Origin: a virus
Virus record (IMG/VR): IMGVR_UViG_3300045988_079296
Coordinates: 1-64,000 of that record
Direction: 5' to 3' (one strand)
Length of the DNA stretch: 64,000 bases
Part shown: positions 55,640-61,599 of the stretch, one piece after another
Layout: every line of letters starts with the position of its first letter
How positions within the stretch are numbered: the first letter of the stretch is position 1
Translations under genes and position numbers: made by a program
Notes under the pieces: generated by a model
What the model was told of the DNA's origin: nothing
Seen by the model: the letters and a program-made list of their open reading frames with translations, nothing else
Databases searched by the model: none

Positions 55640-56233
55640 TTATTTCGTTTCTTCTCCTTCTACGGGTTGATGTTCGTTATTATCTGCTTCAGACGGTGCT
55701 TTATCTGCCTGCTCCGTGCCTTTCGTTTCTTCCGCAGCTTCTTCCTCGTTCTCTTCAAATTCTGCCTTTAAAACAGTTTGGTAGATGCCGCAATCTTCTT
55801 TGTTATCGCAGCTTTCGCAAGTTTCCTTGTTGAAAGTCATCCCTGGCAATATTACGCCGCTGGGGAACGGTCTCAAATGACCAACATATTTCTCGGCTTC
55901 ACCCGTCATGTCTTCCCATGTACGTTGCTTAACTGCTTCGGAACGCCCATGACGCACGCCCTTGGCGTATGCTTCTTTGGCTATTGCGTCAACCTTCTCG
56001 CTCAAAAGCTCCGAACTCTTCTCAATGAGTTGCTCAACTTCCTTCTTTGACCAAGACTTCTTTTCAGCAAACATCTTCGGTTCAATCTCGGTCATGACTT
56101 GGTAAACTACGGCTGCACCTTCGGGGTTGTTACGTCTCTTGTACGTATGTGCGCTGAATTGAAGAGCTTGCCAAATTACTTCTCTCTGTCTCTCGTTGAG
56201 CAACATGCTCAAAATGAATCTTCTTAATTTCAT
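55640..56233 (-). CDS. Hypothetical protein with an acidic tail
   Basis: 197-aa ORF containing a CESCDNKEDC cysteine cluster. Confidence 0.6.
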   Translation of the reverse strand: MKLRRFILSMLLNERQREVIWQALQFSAHTYKRRNNPEGAAVVYQVMTEIEPKMFAEKKSWSKKEVEQLIEKSSELLSEKVDAIAKEAYAKGVRHGRSEAVKQRTWEDMTGEAEKYVGHLRPFPSGVILPGMTFNKETCESCDNKEDCGIYQTVLKAEFEENEEEAAEETKGTEQADKAPSEADNNEHQPVEGEETK

Positions 56234-56523
56234 TTCTTTTTGTTTTTATTGTTTAACGTATTGAATATATCCCAACCTGCTGTGTAAACCAAAGTCCACT
56301 GACCCTCTTCGTCCTTTCGTATTACCTTCACATACTTCTTTCGGAACTCCGCTGGCGGTGTATTAACCGTTGGATGTGAAACTTGCTCTTCAAACGGAGC
56401 TACTTTTACAAGCTCACCTTTCTTCCAAGGCTTCAAGAGGTGCTTGTTGTACGAACGCTTTTCAGGCTCTTCGTTTACTACCAAGAACTTTGGTAATGCT
56501 TCTTTGCTCGTGATTGCTTTCAT
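56230..56523 (-). CDS. Hypothetical protein
   Basis: 97-aa ORF with a 4-nt overlap onto the downstream gene. Confidence 0.55.
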   Translation of the reverse strand: MKAITSKEALPKFLVVNEEPEKRSYNKHLLKPWKKGELVKVAPFEEQVSHPTVNTPPAEFRKKYVKVIRKDEEGQWTLVYTAGWDIFNTLNNKNKKK

Positions 56524-56562
56524 TATTAATATTGTTTAATCTTCTGGACTTATAAACTTTGG

Positions 56563-56606
56563 GCAAAAAGAAACTGGGCAGGAAGATAAACCTCCAAAAC
56601 CCAGTT
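56563..56606 (-). terminator. Terminator after the HU-like gene
   Basis: 7-bp stem (aactggg at 56572-56578 pairs with cccagtt at 56600-56606), followed on the minus strand by TCTTTTTGCCC. Confidence 0.55.
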
Positions 56607-56633
56607 CCCAAAAGCATATTGATGGAGCATGCT

Positions 56634-56939
56634 TTATTTCTTGCCTTTCTTAGCAGCCTTCTTCGGCTGGATGACCTTCTTCACCTTCGTAGAAGCCTTG
56701 AAGCCTACGGTGTGTGATTCGGGGATGTCCAACGCTTCGCCAGTCAACGGGTTGCGTCCTTTACGGGCAGTGAAGATAGAAGGTTTGAACTTACCCAATT
56801 CAGGGAAGTTTACTTCATCGCCATTTTCTACTACTGCTTCAACAATAATCGGCTGCATTGCGTCAATTACGCTGTTTACTACATCTTGGGTGTGACCCGT
56901 CTGTTTTGCAATCGCTTGCACTAATTCAAACTTTTTCAT
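56634..56939 (-). CDS. HU/IHF-family DNA-binding protein
   Basis: MKKFELVQAIAKQTGHTQDVVNSVIDAM...GKFKPSIFTARKGRNPLTGEALDIPESHTVGFKAS shows the full-length HU signature, including RNP.TGE. Confidence 0.85.
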   Translation of the reverse strand: MKKFELVQAIAKQTGHTQDVVNSVIDAMQPIIVEAVVENGDEVNFPELGKFKPSIFTARKGRNPLTGEALDIPESHTVGFKASTKVKKVIQPKKAAKKGKK

Positions 56940-56940
56940 C

Positions 56941-56950
56941 TTTACAATTT
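56941..56950 (-). promoter_or_regulatory. Copy of the start-proximal motif AAATTGTAAA
   Basis: Exact 10-mer, 1 nt upstream of the HU ATG at 56939. Confidence 0.5.
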
Positions 56951-56991
56951 GTTAATTAAACAATATTCAAAACACTTTATAGTTGTTCTTT

Positions 56992-57447
56992 CTATACTTC
57001 GATAACGTTGAGTCCATTTTCTTTAAGGACTTCAAGCAATTTCTCCATTTTCTCGTCTCTTGCTTCCTCCGTCATAAACCAAAAGGATATATTGGTTTTC
57101 GTGATAAACTGACCAGGCGTTAAGTCCTTGTTTATGGTTATACCGAACTCCCAGTGAGCCTTCGGTTTTTCCACAAAACGCATATCATACTCCATGGTAT
57201 GGAAGTCATAAGCTGATATGGTTACTCCGAACTCTTTGAAGTGCAGAACGGTCTTGGAAAGCCGTTTCTTTTCTTCCTCTCCATTGTCCCAATCATCGTC
57301 TTGACCTTCGGCTTCCTCTTCTTCCTCGTCCTCATCAATATCGCCAATTAAACCTTTCTTTGGTTTAGCAGCGTGTTTACGGGTAAACTTTGGTTTTCCG
57401 CTATCTTCGGGAATTTGACTCAATCGTACTTTCATTTGTCTAACCAA
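56992..57447 (-). CDS. Hypothetical protein with an acidic tract
   Basis: 151-aa ORF. Confidence 0.55.
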   Translation of the reverse strand: MVRQMKVRLSQIPEDSGKPKFTRKHAAKPKKGLIGDIDEDEEEEEAEGQDDDWDNGEEEKKRLSKTVLHFKEFGVTISAYDFHTMEYDMRFVEKPKAHWEFGITINKDLTPGQFITKTNISFWFMTEEARDEKMEKLLEVLKENGLNVIEV

Positions 57448-57623
57448 TTTTTGAATTTCTTACTCTTCTTGGAATATAAAACTATTAAAGCCATGATGAA
57501 CAAAAACAAATAGGTTGATAATAAAACCCAACCTGCATCGTTTGTCATCAAATATACGATTGTATTGCTTAATAGCCAAATTAAAGCATAGCAATTTACA
57601 AACTTATCTCTATTTGTTTTCAT
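57432..57623 (-). CDS. Small membrane protein (two predicted TM segments)
   Basis: 63 aa. Hydrophobic stretches YALIWLLSNTIVYLM and WVLLSTYLFLFIMALIVLY. Confidence 0.55.
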   Translation of the reverse strand: MKTNRDKFVNCYALIWLLSNTIVYLMTNDAGWVLLSTYLFLFIMALIVLYSKKSKKFKNWLDK

Positions 57624-58189
57624 AACAATCCTTGTTCTCTAAATTCTGATAAAACATTATTTTGAGCTCTTATGAACTCTGTTGACATCGCCCATGCTTC
57701 TTCGCTTAACATTCTTATGCCTGCTCCGTAGAAGTCCCAAAAGTATGTATCAATGGCGGTCTGAACTCCGTACACTTCATAGTTCACATTCTCTCGTCTC
57801 AGCGGTATCGTTACCATGATATTGTAATCGGAGATATGAACTGTTAAACCTTGTATGCTTCCTTCTCCGATAACTTTAACAAATTTAATTGTATGCTGAA
57901 ACTCTCGTCCATTAAGTTTATCTACAAAACAACGACTTCTCGCAGAAAGCTCCGAAGAAGTTAAACCGCCCGTTCCTGCTTTGTTTGGGTCGGGTAACAT
58001 TTCTACTATCGTTTGTACCATAATCTGGGATAGTAGGACTTTGCGACTTCCAAACAATTTGTCATTCAAATATCCTATTTTGGTAAGAGCCGCTGAAAGT
58101 TCTCTCTTCAAACTGCGTCTTTCATTTCTGAAGTTCTCAAGTTCGTCTCGGAGAACCCACCGTGCTATTCGTTTTACAATTTTCTTCAT
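57620..58189 (-). CDS. Hypothetical protein
   Basis: The track start at 58246 is a GTG inside a terminator hairpin, so I use the ATG at 58187-58189 (MKKIVKRIARW). Confidence 0.6.
   Translation of the reverse strand: MKKIVKRIARWVLRDELENFRNERRSLKRELSAALTKIGYLNDKLFGSRKVLLSQIMVQTIVEMLPDPNKAGTGGLTSSELSARSRCFVDKLNGREFQHTIKFVKVIGEGSIQGLTVHISDYNIMVTIPLRRENVNYEVYGVQTAIDTYFWDFYGAGIRMLSEEAWAMSTEFIRAQNNVLSEFREQGLL
58173..58182 (-). promoter_or_regulatory. Copy of the motif AAATTGTAAA, here inside codons 3-6
   Basis: Exact 10-mer starting 7 nt downstream of the A of the ATG at 58189. Confidence 0.4.
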
Positions 58190-58213
58190 AACGTTCAATC
58201 TATATCTGGGAAT

Positions 58214-58253
58214 AAAAAAAACTGAGGTGAATAACTTTGACGTCACTCACCCC
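58214..58253 (-). terminator. Rho-independent terminator
   Basis: The minus-strand RNA GGGGUGAGU..AUUCACCUC forms a 9-bp stem with two G-U pairs and a 12-nt loop, followed by AG and then eight U (plus-strand A-run at 58214-58221). Confidence 0.6.
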
Positions 58254-58377
58254 CTTATATACCAAGAAAAGTGCCCAAAAGAAGTATATTCAATTCTTTT
58301 ATGGTTTAAATCTTGATATGCCCTTACGTACATATGCGCTCGCTACGCTCGCAATAAAACCCCCTTAAAACAACCCC

Positions 58378-58549
58378 CTATTTGCCAATGTTCTCTTGTA
58401 GCTTCGCCAAATCTGATTGGAACTTAATTAATCCGTCTTTGAGAACGGGAATTGGGTGACTGGTGTAGTTCGGCTCTCTTCCTTCGATAATGTCTTGAAG
58501 GACTTTGATGTCTCTTTTCCAGTTGTTTGATTTGTTTCGTTTTGTCCAT
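58378..58549 (-). pseudogene. Short ORF split between two frames (frameshifted gene or recoding site?)
   Basis: The ATG at 58547-58549 opens a 41-codon Arg-rich frame. The +1 frame has no start codon but reads KRDIKVLQDIIEGREPNYTSHPIPVLKDGLIKFQSDLAKLQENIGK up to the stop at 58378-58380. Confidence 0.3.
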
Positions 58550-58634
58550 AACTTCGATATTTGCTTGCTACAAGATTATCATACCGTGTGAAGGTCTTTT
58601 ATCCTCCCTTATCGGTTAATCGTCAGCAAAGTGG

Positions 58635-58883
58635 TTAAACAATTTGTATTTCGTATCTTTTAGCCAGTTTCGCTCTTGCTTTAAATATCCGCTCCCGTCT
58701 ATTCATTGCATAGCTGATTTGACTCTCTATCGTTCCGTCAATCCAACAAGCTCCCTTGAGGATATTTTCACGGTCTTTAGGTTTGAAGCTGTTCGCTCTT
58801 GCTACCAATCCCAAGAAGCGTTCTTGCTTCGTTATCTCCCATGACATCTTCTTGATAACCTTTTCAGCCGTTTCAATCTTCAT
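58635..58883 (-). CDS. Hypothetical small protein
   Basis: 82-aa ORF. Confidence 0.55.
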   Translation of the reverse strand: MKIETAEKVIKKMSWEITKQERFLGLVARANSFKPKDRENILKGACWIDGTIESQISYAMNRRERIFKARAKLAKRYEIQIV

Positions 58884-59022
58884 CCTCTTCTATTTTGTTT
58901 AATTTCTTCCGAAGAGTAGAATTGTAAAAAGCAATCCTTTTCATCTTTACGGTGCTTTTGAGAAAACTCCAGCATTTACCTTGTCGTTTAGCTATTTTTG
59001 CTTTTTTGTTTTCGCTCGCCAT
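58873..59022 (-). CDS. Candidate small basic protein (49 aa, below the track cutoff)
   Basis: Manual translation gives MASENKKAKIAKRQGKCWSFLKSTVKMKRIAFYNSTLRKKLNKIEEDED. The ATG is 4 nt after the upstream stop and the 3' end overlaps the next ATG by 11 nt. Confidence 0.35.
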   Translation of the reverse strand: MASENKKAKIAKRQGKCWSFLKSTVKMKRIAFYNSTLRKKLNKIEEDED

Positions 59023-59026
59023 AATA

Positions 59027-59224
59027 TTATCCCCAAATTACATAATTAAGAAAATCTACAACTCCATCCCACCAATCGAAGAATGGGAACATAACGTATC
59101 TGATGAACAACCAAGATAACGTTCCGTAGGTTATGCACTGCCAAATCTTTCTATACTTCGGTTTAAGAACCTTCTTTCCAAACCGTCCGTCAATTGCGTA
59201 TAATACTTTCATAATCGTTTTCAT
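59027..59224 (-). CDS. Small hydrophobic protein
   Basis: I use the internal ATG at 59222-59224 (MKTIMKVLYAIDG), which forms an ATGA overlap with the upstream stop. The track's longer ORF runs to 59368 and overlaps the upstream gene out of frame. Confidence 0.5.
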   Translation of the reverse strand: MKTIMKVLYAIDGRFGKKVLKPKYRKIWQCITYGTLSWLFIRYVMFPFFDWWDGVVDFLNYVIWG

Positions 59225-59409
59225 GACAATTCTGAATTGATAATCTTTTGCGTTTCTCTCTTCTCTATCTTCCTCACAATCTTGCGAAGAATTTTTCTGT
59301 ACTTCGTTCTTCCTCTCCGAACTCCTTTGCATTGACCTTTCCAGTCGCATAGTTCTATGAAGTCCCAACCGAAGTGAACTGAAATTTGTTTATAATTCCT
59401 TCTTTTCAT
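59221..59409 (-). CDS. Small basic protein with a CDWKGQCKG motif
   Basis: I use the ATG at 59407-59409 (MKRRNYKQISVHFGWDFIELCDWKGQCKG), which forms a TAATG overlap with the upstream stop. Confidence 0.5.
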   Translation of the reverse strand: MKRRNYKQISVHFGWDFIELCDWKGQCKGVRRGRTKYRKILRKIVRKIEKRETQKIINSELS

Positions 59410-59951
59410 TATTTCTTGAGCTTTGAGATAATTAACGTTGTTAACAAAATTCCTACCAAACAAGCAACTCCGATTAAAGAGCATTTCAGATTGAACTCAA
59501 AGAAAGCTCCGATACTTCCCCAAATGAACTTGATGTAGAAGTAGCTCCCTAATAGAGCTACCAAAACTATGATTGCTAAACTTCTTCCTTTCATGACGCT
59601 TATTTCTTGTAAATGAATATATACCCGTCTTTGCCTTTGCATTGACCGCTTTCGCAAGATACGAACTCCACTGAATAAATCTCGGTTGCGGCTTCCAACG
59701 TTTTTGCGTTCGTCACTTACAGCCCATTCGTCTATCAATTTCACATCGGTCTTAACTGAACGTCCAGTTGTGTATCGGTTTTCTGACCTTGTTCCTTCTA
59801 TCCCGTACCAATCTACAAGCTGTTTTGCGTAGTTCCAAATTGCATCACCCTTCTTTGTAGGTGCTCCGAAGTCACATGCGTCTCCATAAATTTTAACGCT
59901 TCTCTTTGTAATTTCTTCTACGGCTTTGTAGCCTTCTCTGTAAACTGCCAT
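59409..59951 (-). CDS. ORF as given in the track (180 aa); probably a composite of a soluble N-terminal protein and a separate 61-aa two-TM protein
   Basis: Residues 84-119 are Arg-rich junk-like sequence. Met120 (59592-59594) starts MKGRSLAIIVLVALLGSYFY. An alternative frame gives a more protein-like ending (see findings). Confidence 0.5.
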   Translation of the reverse strand: MAVYREGYKAVEEITKRSVKIYGDACDFGAPTKKGDAIWNYAKQLVDWYGIEGTRSENRYTTGRSVKTDVKLIDEWAVSDERKNVGSRNRDLFSGVRILRKRSMQRQRRVYIHLQEISVMKGRSLAIIVLVALLGSYFYIKFIWGSIGAFFEFNLKCSLIGVACLVGILLTTLIISKLKK

Positions 59952-59978
59952 ATCTTTGTATTTTTAATGTTTCTGTTA

Positions 59979-60009
59979 CAAAGGTAAGGACTATTTTCCA
60001 AACGGCAAA
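59979..60009 (-). promoter_or_regulatory. Bacteroidota-type promoter (TTTG-N19-TACCTTTG)
   Basis: On the minus strand, TTTG is at 60006-60009 and TACCTTTG at 59979-59986, with a 19-nt spacer. The ATG at 59951 is 27 nt downstream. Confidence 0.6.
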
Positions 60010-60048
60010 AAGAAAAGCGAAGAATTTTGGTAAAAACTTCGCTTTTTA
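60006..60048 (-). terminator. Rho-independent terminator (symmetrical, potentially bidirectional)
   Basis: Stem aagcgaag (60015-60022) pairs with cttcgctt (60037-60044), flanked by an A-run on one side and a T-run on the other. The minus-strand trail is TTTTCTTTTTG. Confidence 0.7.
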
Positions 60049-60071
60049 ACGTTTTGGCGGTATTTATTAAC

Positions 60072-60497
60072 TTATTTTGCCATTCTCACAACTATCTCCA
60101 CATCTGAAAAGTCGCTTGCAAAAGAACAAGAACGAATATCATAGGAATGACTTCCAGTGTTAATCGTAGTAAGCACCAAAGGATAATAAGTCAACACGCT
60201 TAACTCGGTAGGAGCGGATGTCAAAGCATAAGACGTTACAAGGTTTGAAGCTGCCTGACCTCCGAAGCGTTCAGATACTATTTTAACCGTCATAGGAACG
60301 TCAGAGGATGCTTGTATGCTCACTTCTGTCTCCGTCTTTAAGGAGATTATGAGATTCAAGTTTCCTATCTTAGCATTGATGGGAGCGGTCTTTAAGTTTC
60401 CGTTTAAAACTATCGGCTTGTAACTTACAAAGTCCAATCCTCCTTCTACTCCATTGTCAATCTCTTCTCCCGTATATGCGCTTTGATAATCTTCCAT
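60072..60497 (-). CDS. Hypothetical beta-rich protein
   Basis: 141-aa ORF followed by a terminator. Confidence 0.6.
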   Translation of the reverse strand: MEDYQSAYTGEEIDNGVEGGLDFVSYKPIVLNGNLKTAPINAKIGNLNLIISLKTETEVSIQASSDVPMTVKIVSERFGGQAASNLVTSYALTSAPTELSVLTYYPLVLTTINTGSHSYDIRSCSFASDFSDVEIVVRMAK

Positions 60498-60655
60498 TAT
60501 TGTTTAACTTTAAATTTGTTTCCTCCTTTTGTCGCAAAAGTTTCACCGCTGGAAGTTTTCAAATATCCCTTTCCTTCAACTGGCGGAGAAGTGCTTGGTT
60601 TGAGTTTTGTGCTTCCGCTCAACTTACCAATTGAACCTAACTTACCAACTCTCAT
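60497..60655 (-). CDS. Candidate small Lys/Gly/Ser-rich protein (52 aa, below the track cutoff)
   Basis: Manual translation gives MRVGKLGSIGKLSGSTKLKPSTSPPVEGKGYLKTSSGETFATKGGNKFKVKQ. The ATG is 4 nt after the upstream TGA and the stop forms a TAATG overlap with the next gene. Confidence 0.45.
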   Translation of the reverse strand: MRVGKLGSIGKLSGSTKLKPSTSPPVEGKGYLKTSSGETFATKGGNKFKVKQ

Positions 60656-60659
60656 GGCA

Positions 60660-60923
60660 TCAATACATTACGTTAATAGAACCCGAAACAAGTTCCAATT
60701 TAGAGTCAATGTAGAAATATTCCGTTTCTCCTTCGGATATTACTACACCATCACCTGGCTGGTTTTCCAAGCGAATAACGGCATCACCGCCAGTCGCCTT
60801 AACTCGGATAAACTGATTGGGAGTTATTTGCTCTACAACTCCTGCTGCGCTTACGTTCAAACCCATACTTAGACGGGCAACTTGTACGGAGCGACTGTTT
60901 GCATCTACATAAAGACTTTTCAT
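60660..60923 (-). CDS. Hypothetical small beta-rich protein
   Basis: I use the ATG at 60921-60923 (MKSLYVDANS). The track start at 60959 adds 12 hydrophobic codons. Confidence 0.55.
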   Translation of the reverse strand: MKSLYVDANSRSVQVARLSMGLNVSAAGVVEQITPNQFIRVKATGGDAVIRLENQPGDGVVISEGETEYFYIDSKLELVSGSINVMY

Positions 60924-60984
60924 ATTTTTACAAATTAAAAAAGGAGTATAAAACCCCAATGTTGTTATACTCCTTTAATAGTTG

Positions 60985-61227
60985 TTATTGTTTGACTCTT
61001 ATCCTGGGCGGGTTATGCTCGTCCAGCGTGTTCCCGTCCTTCCTCATTTCGTACCGAAGTGTATCAAAACCCAATTCCACACGTTCATATTTCCAAACTC
61101 TCATAATTACGGTTGTATCTGTTCTTGATACTTCCTCTTTGTACGTTACTTTCGTTGGGTCTTTGTCGGAACATTCCGTCAGGAATAAGAACCCAAGAAA
61201 GCATAAACATAGAAAATACATTTTCAT
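60985..61227 (-). CDS. Small lipoprotein
   Basis: MKMYFLCLCFLGFLFLTECSDKD is a signal peptide plus lipobox-like Cys. Confidence 0.6.
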   Translation of the reverse strand: MKMYFLCLCFLGFLFLTECSDKDPTKVTYKEEVSRTDTTVIMRVWKYERVELGFDTLRYEMRKDGNTLDEHNPPRIRVKQ

Positions 61228-61385
61228 AGGTCGTGTATTTTTAATCCGTTAATAACTTCCCAACCTTCGGAGCGGAGTTTGTCTTCAACTTTGTCTCGGC
61301 TCTCCGCTTCCACTTCGGTCTTTTGTAACTTGATTTGTTCTTTTCGGCTTCTACTACCGAAAAATTTGACTTTAAACTTCTTCAT
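61224..61385 (-). CDS. Candidate small protein (53 aa, below the track cutoff)
   Basis: Manual translation gives MKKFKVKFFGSRSRKEQIKLQKTEVEAESRDKVEDKLRSEGWEVINGLKIHDL. It forms an ATGA overlap with the lipoprotein gene and a 14-nt overlap with the upstream gene. Confidence 0.45.
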   Translation of the reverse strand: MKKFKVKFFGSRSRKEQIKLQKTEVEAESRDKVEDKLRSEGWEVINGLKIHDL

Positions 61386-61599
61386 ATTCTACATCAATTG
61401 CTCTTGCTTTCATTTTGTCCAAACTCGCTCTTTGTTCTGGTGTGAACCGCTTCTTCGGCTCTCCTTCCCATTTCTCTTCGGGTTGAGTATTATCGTAGTA
61501 AGTACGATTGCGCCAAGTCTCTCTTGACATGTTATCACTCATTCCCGAAGTCCTGTACATAAATTCAAACCATTCATCTATCCAATCGAACCTTCCCAT
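61372..61599 (-). CDS. Hypothetical small protein
   Basis: 75-aa ORF, Trp/Glu-rich. Confidence 0.5.
   Translation of the reverse strand: MGRFDWIDEWFEFMYRTSGMSDNMSRETWRNRTYYDNTQPEEKWEGEPKKRFTPEQRASLDKMKARAIDVEYEEV

Noticed and set aside
56941-56975. Reading the recurrent tttacaattt motif on the plus strand as a sigma-70 type -35 TTTACA with a downstream -10.
   Set aside because: Spacing and -10 quality are inconsistent among copies. Such promoters would fire antisense to every gene. The canonical promoters found here are of the Bacteroidota TTTG/TAnnTTTG type.
58580-58600. Shine-Dalgarno-like GGAGG sequences (AAGGGAGGATAAAAG near 58585 and AAAGGAGGAAAC near 60515) as evidence for unannotated genes.
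   Set aside because: No suitably spaced start codon with a meaningful ORF follows either one. Most genes in the window lack such sites, which fits a Bacteroidota host.
59951-60048. A plus-strand small RNA. It would run from a TATCTTTG box at 59951-59958 on the plus strand to the symmetrical terminator at 60015-60048, about 80 nt antisense to the promoter and leader of the 59951 gene.
   Set aside because: The nearest upstream TTTG gives a 22-nt spacer, outside the 19-21 range. About 16 chance TAnnTTTG matches per strand are expected in 64 kb, and there is no other support. It is worth a glance in RNA-seq data but not supportable from sequence alone.
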